From contig CM052832.1 in NCBI GenBank assembly GCA_028534125.1, forward strand, positions 24,058,001 to 24,122,000: 64,000 bases of DNA, read 5' to 3'. Positions 12,041 through 22,580 of this stretch are shown here, one piece after another (within the stretch, counting starts at the first letter, position 1; every line of letters starts with the position of its first letter). Both the position numbers and the translations under genes were made by a program. Below the pieces are notes generated by a model, which worked only from the letters and a program-made list of their open reading frames with translations, did not search any database and was not told the DNA's origin. The stretch comes from Lama glama (Eukaryota).

Positions 12041-15000
12041 CTTCTGTAAGTTGGCGATAATAGTAGGGTCACTGTCAAGGACAAATGTATGTAGAGCCTC
12101 TGTCTGTCACAGTGCCTGGTGTGCGGTGTGTATTTAATCAGTGGAAGCAGCTACTGTTATCACAGAGGTGCATACAACTGAAGTCGCCACTTCCTGGTCT
12201 TGATTAGTTGGGTAAATAAGTCTTCCTTCTTTTTTGGCTTCCTCATACTCTGTAGGGTGAATCTGCCCAGGGGACAGAATTACCTAGAATGCCTCCATCA
12301 ATACTTTGCCATTTTCAGATTAAGATCAGGCTTTATCATTTTGCTTTGTAGAACTTGTGAACATAGAAAAATTCCTTGCCATATAATGAAGTCAGTAGTA
12401 CCTATATTTAAAACTTCATGTCATGGGTTAAAAGTATTAGAATTGACAGCTAGGGTCAGAGTGAGGTTTTGGTGATATCTTAATGGTGCACCAAGACAAC
12501 TCCAAAATGTTTGCTTTATCTCCATCCTCAAGTCATCAGAATGAGCACTGGAAGGATTTTTGTTAATAATACATGGGACACCCTATCAACTGACAGCAGT
12601 GACTAGCTGTCTAAAAGTCTTTCTGGGACAAGGCAGATATAAACAAACTAACCCATAAAAACTGTCACCAGGGAGACTTTCTCCTTGGGAATATGATTTC
12701 AGGTGGAAAATTCCTATGTGCCAGTTTAATAAACTATTTTTAAGTTTGCTCCTGTGGCAGAAGGGCCATTTTGGTGTTAGCCCAACATCCAAATGGCCTG
12801 TGCTAAACGTGGACCTCCTTAAAGAAGATGATATTTGCATCACTTCACGTAACATCCAGATGAGGCACTAAGAGATGTCCTAACAATGGGGGCCAGGACG
12901 ATTTTAGCTTCCCTTCGTTTTTCCATTTAAATGTGATAGGATCACACTGTGAGACAGCAAGACATCTGACAGATGATAGCCACACACATACTACATGAAT
13001 TGAAATCTCAAAAACCTTCCACACGAAGACGAATGACCAGACTGTAGTCTGCTTCAGCTGCAGAAAGTAAGGCTGCAATCCGGGCGGTGGGGGTGCTTTT
13101 CTTCTCGTTCTAGAGCTGCTTGATACGTGTAAATATAGTATCTTCACAATTTTAATGCAGTTAAATGCCCTCACCCATAAGGCAAATGTAAGTGCTGTAA
13201 AGTGGTTTATCTGCTAGAATCTCATGAAATTATTGCAAATCAAGGTGACATGAATGGTTCAGAAATAAATGTAAAATGAAAAGCTTTGTGTCTGAGCAAA
13301 TAATGCCATATATTGAAGCTCATGTGAATATACTTTAAGACCTGTATTTTTGTGTTATGCTTTCTTTTCATAGAACTGCTCTTCAAGGTCCGTCTTCAGT
13401 GGCTGTCTAAACGTCATGTGTCTGAGTTGGAGGTTTGGTGCTACTGAAATGTGATAGTAATATGGTCTTTGTTATTAAAGGGACTCTCTGGGGCATATTC
13501 ATTTCTCTCAGGAACTGATGTTTACTTTGAGTAGGGACTGTGGAGGAGCTGTGATCATCTTTCAGAAGACAAAACAAGTGAAGGAACAAAATAGAGCAAG
13601 GCAGTAGTTGCTCAGGGTATGTTGAGGCCAGGTGTCTATGAATGGAATTAAGAGAAGAAATGATTTTGAATCAGATTGGGATAATTTAGGACTTAGAGCC
13701 AAATCCATTCCTCTCAAATTTAATCCTCCGCACAAGACAAATAACGACAGCCTATATTTTCACTTGTCCCATGGCTACCCAAACACAGTGGAATCACACA
13801 AATGACCACTGGTGACTTCCTTAAAAGTCACAAGAGGATGAATGGCGCTTAAGCCTAGCCGAGGCCCTTGGCAACTTGCAATTTACAGAATGCAATACTG
13901 TCACTGTCCTCATATGACTTCCTAAACTGCCAGGTGAAGAGGTAGCAGGTGAGGGCCTGTGAGGTAGTGGGAAGTGCACAGGCTTCAGAGTTACAGACCT
14001 GGCCCAAAGCCTCTGGTGCTGCTGAGCAGCCACTTGCTGTCTCCCAGGTCCAGTTAAGAGTTCCTCGTATGCAAAACAGCAGTGGAGGAACTAACCTCCA
14101 AGGGCTGCTGGGATGATGAAGTGGGATCATTTATGGGAAGCGTTTTGTACACAGTAAACAGCTGTTGATGCTATTACGGTAACCCAGTGGTGCTGACATC
14201 ATGGGATTTACTATCTCAGTCATCCTTCCTAAAATGTTCACCGGCAACTGGGGGGAGTAGGTGCAGGTCCCTCAGGTCTTGGCCCCCAGCACCCCCCCTT
14301 ATCACCTGAAAATGCTGCTCATCCTTCTGGGCCCAGCTCTCTGCTGCTGCTTTTGATGATGTCAGGCGACTCTGGCCTCCAGGGAGGAGTTGCTTCCCAT
14401 GGTTGACCTTATCGTCGGCTTGGGGTAGGTCCTTTCTCTTAATCCCCATTGCAGGGAAGATAGCAGCTGTGCTTTAATGAGAGTTTGCTGGAAGTTCAGA
14501 AGTAATAGATGGGAAACACAATTCAGAAAGAAATTTACTGACACAGCACAGGTTCTGTGCCGTCCTCCAGGTTGGCTTGGCCGGGTCCCCACAAGAAGAG
14601 CTCCAAACTGCTCCGTATCTCAGACCTGGGTCCAAAGCCACTCCAGGCCTGGGAGAGAAGAGGGTATTTCCTCTCAGCCAACTTAAGATCTGCCTCTGAC
14701 TTCTCTGTTCCTGCCCCATACGGAACTCTTCCTAAAGTGACTCTCATAGGAAGAAACCCACTCCCCCTGGAGGAACGTGCTCTGGCCAGAGCAAAATATG
14801 GCGCCAACAGTAACTGGGTGGGGAGGGGAGCCTCAGCTTGGGTGTGCCATGGTGACCCGGGACTTGTGACCCTCCCCCACTGCCCTTTTCCAGGTTTTCT
14901 GGAGTCGCAGAGACTCATTGAGCCACCGGGGTTGGCAAGCAGATGCGGCTAGGTGACTGGAACCCAAGTCTGGGTCCTGGGATGCAATTCCAAGATCCAC

Positions 15001-15170
15001 CCATTGGCAGCAATGAGATTGTGGCTAGTCTTCCCTTTCACAACTGCCTCAGGAATTGGGCCCAGTGGAGGCAGGCAGGGCGTGAGTGGACAGCAGTTAA
15101 AGGAGCTAGAGAAGGAGAAATAGAGGAAACAAAGTGGGGCCAGAAGGACGGGCATGTCTCCTTAGATTTC

Positions 15171-15205
15171 CCTACCTATCTATCTATCTACCTACCTACC
15201 TATGT
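15171..15205. repeat. (CTAT/CTAC)n tetranucleotide repeat
   Basis: CCTACCTATCTATCTATCTACCTACCTACCTAT seen directly. Confidence 0.9.
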
Positions 15206-15268
15206 ATATACATACTGAACAGTGAAGTCAGTTGAATGTATCTACTGAATATATACAAACTGAATATT

Positions 15269-15767
15269 TGTGTTAGAGTTCTCCAGAGAAACAGAGCCAA
15301 CAGGATATAGGTAGGTAGATAGGTAGGTAGATAGATAAGAGGAGGCTTATTATAGAAATCGGCTGACATGGTTAAGGAGGCCAAGAAGCCCCATGATCTG
15401 CTGTCTGCAAGCTGGAGAACCAGGAAAACCAGTGTTATAATTCAGTCTGAGAGTCTGAAGGCCTGGGAATCAGAATGACTATGGTCTAAGTCCCAGTATG
15501 AGTTTGAACACATGAGAACTAAGAACACCAGTGTCTGAGAGCTGGAGAACAGCTTGAGCAGGGAGAATGAATTCATCCTTTCTACACTTTGTGTTCTATC
15601 CAGGCCCCCAGTGGGTGATGCCCATCTGCCCTGAGGTTGATTTTCTTTTCTCAGCCTACTGACCCAAATGCTGATCTCTTCCGGAGACACTCCCAGAAAT
15701 AATGTTTTAGCAGCTATTTGGGCATTCCTTAGCCTAGTCAAATCAACACATAAAATTAACCCTCACA
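15269..15767 (-). mobile_element. ERVL solo LTR (MLT2-like)
   Basis: TGTGTTAGAGTTCTCCAGAGAAACAGAGCCAACAGGA...CTGCAAGCTGGAGAACCAGG...ACACATAAAATTAACCCTCACA, with TG...CA termini and the (TAGA)n stretch typical of MLT2. Confidence 0.85.
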
Positions 15768-16100
15768 TGTGATGTCACTCTTGTGGGTATGGTACATTTG
15801 CTTTAGTCTGTCTGTCTCTCTCCCTATCTCTGTTTCTTTCTCTCTTGCTAGATTTGAAGAAGCAGGCTGCCGTGAATCCTACAATTGCAAGGGAATAAAT
15901 TTTTCCAACATCAGGGAGCTTGGAAACAGGTCCTCCCTGACTCAGGTCTCCAGATGAGACTCAGCCCTGGCCAACACCTTGACTGAAACCTTGCAGTGGG
16001 CCCAGCTAAGCCGTCCCTGGACTCCTGACCCAAAGAAACCTTGAAATTCTTTAAGCAATTTAATTTGTGGTAATTTGTTATACACTATAGGAAATGATTC
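15768..16100 (+). mobile_element. MaLR LTR 3' part (MLT1-like)
   Basis: GGGAGCTTGGAAACAGGTCCTCCC...CAGCCCTGGCCAACACCTTGA...GGACTCCTGACCCA...TTTGTGGTAATTTGTTA. Confidence 0.7.
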
Positions 16101-16160
16101 AGTTGACATTTCTACAGAGTACCATAGGAAATGATTCAGTTGATATTTCTACAGAGTACC
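16087..16160. repeat. 37-bp tandem duplication (2 copies, 1 mismatch)
   Basis: ATAGGAAATGATTCAGTTGA(C/T)ATTTCTACAGAGTACC at 16087-16123 and 16124-16160. Confidence 0.95.
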
Positions 16161-16268
16161 TTTTCCTATCCTTTAATTTCAACCTTTCTGGAGCCTTATG
16201 TTTTAAATGCATTTCTTATAAACAGCACATAAATAGAAAACAATCAATCATCACAGTATTAAATTGAG

Positions 16269-16274
<6 letters not shown>

Positions 16275-16318
<44 letters not shown>
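16275..16318. repeat. (TG)n microsatellite, about 22 units
   Basis: Long perfect TG run seen directly. Confidence 0.97.
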
Positions 16319-16322
<4 letters not shown>

Positions 16323-17749
16323 ACATTCAATTGCTCTCTTTAAATCTTTGGGTTTTACTCCATCCACCAGTATTTATTTTTAAAATTTCCAACACCATTT
16401 TCTTCCTTCCTTCTACTTGTCTCCCAACCTCTCCTTTAAAAACAGCCAAGATATGAAACAATGATTTTTATTATTTGTTTTCTTCTGATTTGTTTTCTTA
16501 TTAACAATTTTTAATACACAAAGCGGCTGAGCCTTGTATTTGATATTTACTTGCTTTTTACTTATGCAGCCTCTGAACAACTTTCTCTCAGTCTGTGACC
16601 TTCCACAGAAAAACGTCCCCACCGTTGTTCTAAGTAAACACTGGAGCGAAACGCCAGATAACGCTGCCTGACTGTGGAATGCTGGATAGCAACCTTTGCA
16701 GCTCAGCCAGCCTGGCAGGGAAAACATTTAAGAGGGCTCTTTGTATTGGAGCAAAGCAGCAGGACAGAACTAAGGGCAAAAGAGGTAACACAAGCCAAAG
16801 CTTGCCGTCATCTGTGGGACTGATTCCTGCAGGTTTAATATAGCTTTAGTTAATAGCACACATGTGGTTGTGAAGTCAAGCATCAATAGAACCGACTATT
16901 AAGACTGGCAATGGGGACTTGCAGGCGAAATGCTTGGAACAAATGTATGTTTTTTCTCCAAGACAGGCTAGGAGAAGCCCCGTCAAGATACTACAGTTCT
17001 GATGCATGCCTAAAACTATGAAAGCAAGGAGAACCAGCATCAGAATGAGAACGATTCAAAGCCCGGCTGTGTGTTTGCCACCTGAGCTATCCTTGGCAAG
17101 GTCATGGGGGTGACTTCAGACCTTGGGTCAGTCTGGTGAGATTTAATGGGACTGACCAAATGTTCAGCACGTCACATAGACATAATCCCAACTTCCAACC
17201 AAATAAAAATAGGACCAGTTCTATCAGAGGTGTGTTACAAGGCAGTACATTGTACCCATGAAGACTCTACTTCACTCCAGATTTCTAAGGATTATGGCTA
17301 ATTTACATGGGATTTCTGACTCCAAAGCTCAAAAATCACAACACATCTTTACAGAGTCCTGCTTGCATCCGACTGCATGCATGGGGACACTAGCTTGTGA
17401 CAGCATCTGGTGAACGTGACCTCCTCAGCGCTATCATTCCCCTCTCCATTAAACAATGTATTCAGATTCTTAGAAATCTGAACTAAAAATGTTCCTTCAT
17501 TCTTTTCTGGGGGGGTGGGGGAGGGATTCTGAATTTTGATATTTACATTATACCTAATATTAATTGAGATCTAATATATGGAAGGCAATATATGAAGCAC
17601 TTCGCATGATTTGGTTAATCCCCTCAAATTCTATAACTCTAGGTAACTTTTTTGAAATAAAGTAATATTTTGAAACCGTATATGGAAAATTGACCTACAA
17701 TAACCAACATGAAGGCCTATTCCAATAAAATGACTGGATCTTAAAGAAA

Positions 17750-18870
17750 AGGAAAAAATTCTGTTGGGCATCTAGCCAAAAAGAACACACAATTTACACA
17801 GGAAAAAAACTGGATTATCATCAGACTTTCTAATAACAACAGATGAAAATAGATTACAAAGAAAGAAGAATGTGAAGTAAGGATTGTATATCCAGCAAAC
17901 TGACTCTCAGGCATAACTAGGACATACTAGTTAACATGCAGGGATGCAGGGAACATTGTATGAGCTCCTCCTGAAGCATCTACTGAAGAATGATCCTCAG
18001 ACAACCAGGGTAACTAGAGAGACACCGACATAAGAACAGTTGGTGAACTTTAAGCGTACTGTTACTTTTACAACTAAAAGGGCTCAAAAGGAAAAGAATA
18101 TAGTATGTAATGGATATGTGCCCTGACAATGTAGATACTGGAAGACAGATAAAAATGGGAGTGTGAGGAGCATCCATGCTCCTGGAGAATGTCATTCTAA
18201 GTGAAGTAAGCCAGAAAGAGAAAGAAAAATATCGTATGAGATCGCTCGTATGGGGAATCTAAAAAACAAAAACAAACAAACAAACAAAGTGTAAATACAG
18301 GACAGAAATAGACTCACAGACAGAGAATACAGACTTGTGGTTACCAGGGGGGTGGAGGGTGGGAAGTGATAGACTGGGATTTCAAANNNNNNNNNNNNNN
18401 NNNNNNNNNNNNNNNNNNNNNNNNNNNNNNNNNNNNNNNNNNNNNNNNNNNNNNNNNNNNNNNNNNNNNNNNNNNNNNNNNNNNNNGGTTTAAACAAATA
18501 ATTATGGTATATTTTAAATCTATTGTCCCCAGTATCCTTTGGAATCAGGATTCTTAGGGTGGGAGAAAGGAAATAAAAATGGAATATAGAAAAGTGCAAG
18601 AAAAACTCTGTAATCTTGAATTTACATAATATATAAACATGAATTCGTTAGGTATTTTATGTCATATGTATTTTTTCTCACTCTGTACACTAAAAATACC
18701 TTAAAAACAACAACCAACACCGTAGAAATATGTACCCCTAGCATCTACATGATGGAATTGGAACACCATTTGGTTTCCCACTGGATGATAACAAGGATTC
18801 TTGGGAAATGGCTAATTCTAGATTAGGAAGGGGAAATACACAAAAAGCTCCTGGACTATCCTGCCATCTC
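17750..18870 (+). mobile_element. Old L1 (L1MC-like) fragments with a young L1 3'UTR piece (about 18183-18386) running into the gap
   Basis: GATTATCATCAGACTTTCTAA...TATCCAGCAAACTGAC is ORF1-like. GTCATTCTAAGTGAAGTAAGCCAGAAAGAGAAAGAAAAATA is shared with the L1 at 11529. Confidence 0.65.
18387..18486. other. Assembly gap (100 N)
   Basis: Run of exactly 100 N, a typical placeholder for unknown gap size, next to a young L1 3'UTR. Confidence 1.
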
Positions 18871-20476
18871 AGGCAAGGAAAATAAATAAAAGGCGTACAT
18901 GTGGGGAAGGAAGAAATAAAACTATCTCCCTTCAGAGACAATATGATTATCTACATAGAAAATACCAAGCCGTTTACAAAACAAGCTCCTAAAACTAATA
19001 GGTCAATTTAGCAAGATTGTAGGATTCAAGGTCACCATACAAAAATCATTTCTAGATACTGTAGCAATAAACAATTGGAAATTATAGTTTTTAAACAAAG
19101 TGCCATTTGTAATAGTTCCCAAAATCAAATATTTAGGTCTAAATATGACAAAACACTTATAGGCTTTCTATGCTAAAAGGCACAAAACATGATTTAAAGA
19201 AGTCAAAGATGCAAAGAAACGGACAAGTTTTCCTAAGGTCTTGGGAGACTCAGTATAGTTAAGATGTCAACACCTCTCAAATTAACCTACAGATTCAATG
19301 GGATTTTAATTAAAAATCTCAGCAGAATTTTTTGTAGAAATAGACAAGATGATTCTAAAATCTGCATGGAACATCAAAGGAATTACAATAACCAAAAGAA
19401 TTTCATAAAATAATAATCAGAGAACTCACATTACAGGATTTGATGACTTACAGTTATCAAGGGTCATGTGATTCTTGCATAAGGAGACACACACAGAAAA
19501 TACATCTAGGAATAGATCCACACAAATATGGTCAATTTATTTTTTGACAAAGGAACAAAGGTATTTCAATGGAAAAATACAGTCTTTTCAACAAATGGTC
19601 CTGGAATAATAATTGGACATCTATATGCCTCACATCATACACAAAATTAACTTAAAATAGACTTCATACTTAAGTCCAAAATTTTTTAAATTACAAAACT
19701 TTAGAAGAAAAGAGGAGAAAAATCTTTATAATCTTATTTAGGTTAGGCAGAGTTCTTTGATATCACATCAAAACCATGATCCATAAAAGAAAAAATGATA
19801 AAGTAGACATCACCAAAATTTAAAAATTAGAACATTTTGCTCCCAGAAAGACAATGTTAAGAGAATGAAAACAAGCCATAGAGAGGGATAAAATATTTGC
19901 GAATTTCATATGCATCAAAGGACTTGTATCCAAATATACGAAGAACTCTTAAAACTCGATAATAATCCAATTTAAAAATAGGATATGAGTAGACACTTGT
20001 CTAAGATATGGGGATATCAAATAAAGCACATAAAAATATATTCAACACCATTACTCATTAAGGAAATGTAAATTAAAACAACAATGATATACTACTGTGG
20101 GTCTGTTAGAATGGCTAAAATAAAAATGAAAATATAAAACTTACCCTTCCAAGTGATGACGAGGAAGCAAGGCAACTAGAACTCTTCACGCATTGCTGCT
20201 GGTGGTAACGTGAAATGGCGCGGTCGTTCTAGGAAAGAGTAACAGTTTCTTACCAAGAAAAACATACCTTTACCGTCTGATCCAAAAATCCCATTTTTAA
20301 GTATTTAACCTAGACAAATGAAAACTTCACACAAACCTGTACATGAACGTTTTATGAAAACATTCTTCATAGTCACGCAAACCAGGAAACAACCCACATA
20401 GCCTTCAGTGGGTAAGTGGATTAACAAAACTGTGGTGGTCCAGTCAGTGGAATCCTATTTAGCAATAAAAAGATAC
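18870..20476 (+). mobile_element. Old L1 ORF2 3' half and start of 3'UTR (left part, interrupted by the ERV)
   Basis: AGGCAAGGAAAATAAATAAAAGGC...ATGATTATCTACATAGAAAAT...TTTGACAAAGG...GTCTTTTCAACAAATGGTCCTGGAA...GGAATCCTATTTAGCAATAAAAAG, degenerate with many stops. Confidence 0.9.
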
Positions 20477-20889
20477 TGTAATGGAGCAGGACCCTATGGG
20501 GACTTCCCAGCACAGACCCCTCCCCCATATCCTCTACTGTAGCTCATCTCTGAAGGACCCAGATAATAGTGTCTTATGAGTATTTCTTGAGTTTTTCAGA
20601 TGCTAAAAATTACCACCAAATGGAAGAAATTAACTACCTGATTGTCATGACCTCAGACCTTCTGGTATCTAAGGATTGATTACTATCAACCAGAGAATTG
20701 TGCAGAGCTGACTGCCTACCCTGGGACGCCCTGCCCTCACTCAGCCTTAAAAAGGCTCAGCTGAGTCCCTCCTGGGCCTCGGGGGTTGTGAGCCAGAGCT
20801 CCTGGTTTTCCTGGCCCACCCAGCAACAAACCTTTGTCTGCTACAGACGGCGCCATTTTGGTATTAGTTGGCCTCACTGTGCATTATGC

Positions 20890-21478
20890 TGTTGCCCGGA
20901 AAACTGTCAAAGCTCAGTTGTGACACCAACCTACAGCCAGGATAGAGACCAATCAACGCTCAGAAAGTTGAAGAACTCACCTTTATTACACAAGATGACC
21001 CCAACAAATTGACACGACCACTCCTGGACGCAATCTGTAGGTTTACACAGGCCTTTTATAGGCTGCCAGTTTTACACTTTGCAACATCAAATGCAAATAA
21101 AGTACAACAGAAGTTGACCAACCGGGAACAAGCTTTGTAGAAACAGACCAATCAGGAGTGAGCTCCATGCAAATAAAGTACTATGAATGGACCAATCAGA
21201 AGTTAGGGAAGTGGACCAATCAGAAGTAAGAGTAATAACCAATCAGGAGTGAGAGTAATAACCAATCAGGAGTGAGAGTAATAACCAATCAGGAGTGAGA
21301 GTAATAACCAATCAAAAGTGAGCTCAGGGAACCAATAGAATTCTAGGTGTAAGTTAGCCGCTTCAGAGGCGAAAAGTGAGATAAAGCCTCTGGGCCAGGG
21401 AACCAGACGGTGCTGGGAGGAGAGCTGCGGCCCTGCCTAAGGGGTCCTGCTGGCCTTTTTATGGGGCTTCCCACCTCA
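20890..21478 (-). mobile_element. Nested antisense solo LTR of a different, younger class I ERV (589 bp)
   Basis: TG...CA termini and a 4-bp TSD ATGC (20886-20889 and 21479-21482). On the minus strand the order is U3 repeat array, TATAAAA (21060-21054), AATAAA (20987-20982). The segment is absent from the 3' LTR. Confidence 0.92.
21146..21336. promoter_or_regulatory. CCAAT-box (NF-Y-type) tandem array in the U3 of the nested LTR
   Basis: Eight CCAAT motifs (21148, 21192, 21216, 21239, 21262, 21285, 21308, 21332). Three perfect copies of the 23-mer ACCAATCAGGAGTGAGAGTAATA lie at 21238-21306. Confidence 0.85.
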
Positions 21479-22497
21479 ATGCAAATTAACTTGCATTCAG
21501 TAACAATTTTGGTAAAGCCTGTAGGGGAGAAGTCGGCGCCCGTGGCCTGTTGACGCCAGCGGCCTCCCTGGGTCCCAGCCGCTGCCGGAGCACACTTCAC
21601 TCTGGGGAACCAGGAGGGAGTCTCCCTGACAGACACCGGCCGCCCTTGCACGAAGCTGTTTGGAGTTCAGAAACGTCCAGAGCTACGGTCCGCAGTCGGT
21701 GTCGCCTAGGGGTGAGTCGCTCCAGCTTCCACAGGCTGGGAATTCTCTCCACTCTATCTGGGCTCATTCCCACTGGGACATGAGCTGCTCTGGGCTCATC
21801 ACGAGCCACTCTGGGTCTGTTTCAAGAGCTGGGCCAGTCCATTTGGAGGCCTCCGTCTGGGAGTGGAAGTGGACATTTTAGATATTCTCTGGGGATATTC
21901 TCTGGGTTTTTTTGTGACTGTAGCTAATTTGTTGTTTGTATTTTTGTGTGTGTAGTTTTGGGGTGAGCCACTGCTGCTTGCACAGGTTGGGAAAATTCTC
22001 CCTGCTTCACCTGGGCTCATTCCCTTCTGGGAAGTGAGCCATTCTGGGCTCATTGGAAGCCACTCAGGGTCCATTCTCTTGGGAGCCCTGCCACTCTGGG
22101 AGTGGAAGTGGAATTTGGGGGCTATATCTCAACTGACCTTTTGTTGGTGGGACCATATTTATTTGTATGTGTGTGTATCAATACTTGCATTGGCCGGTTG
22201 AGACGTTTTCGGTGAGCAAAGGGCTCGCATGTGATACACCAGGGTATCCTTTCCTGTTGTGTTGGTTGGGTTTTTCCCTTTCTAGCCCTGGTCTTTCATT
22301 CAGCTTCATCTCTGGTGGGGCATTGATTGGGGTTCACCCCTTGTGGACTGCTGGAGCGTTGGTTGGGAGTCTCCTTTTCTGGGGCTAGGGACCTGTGATC
22401 CTGAGACCGTTTTGCATTGCATTGGTTTGCTTGATATTTGACAACACCAGTTGTGAATAATTATTTTGGATATTCAGAGCTCTACTCCATCTTATTG

Positions 22498-22580
22498 CCC
22501 CCTGGTGTATTTTTGCAAAACTGGGAGACCTTTAGCTGTGCTCCCATGAATGGAAGGAAATAATCAGTTTTTATTTTGGT
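22498..22580 (+). pseudogene. gag: Relic of gag matrix N-terminus
   Basis: Translates PPGVFLQNWETFSCAPMNGRK*, resembling the class I gag start motif PLGCILxNWxxF...LxKKRLIFFC. It lies at the expected place after the leader. Confidence 0.45.

Larger units (their letters stand above)
20477..21505 (+). mobile_element. 5' LTR of the ERV (about 436 bp after removing the nested LTR)
   Basis: Aligns to 25700-26166 (shared CAGGACCCT, CCCCCATATCCTCT, TCTCTGAAGGACCCAGAT, GAGTTTTTCAGATGCTAAAAA, AGAGAATTGTGCA). It has two parts: 20477-20889 and 21483-21505. Confidence 0.92.

Noticed and set aside
14216..15218. Overlapping ORFs up to 131 aa
   Set aside because: GC-richer sequence gives ORFs on both strands, and none has a recognisable domain or exon structure.
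18192..18599. ORFs spanning the N run
   Set aside because: Artefacts of translating through the assembly gap.
21192..21336. CRISPR-like array
   Set aside because: Units are contiguous tandem copies with no unique spacers, inside an LTR in mammalian DNA, with no cas genes.
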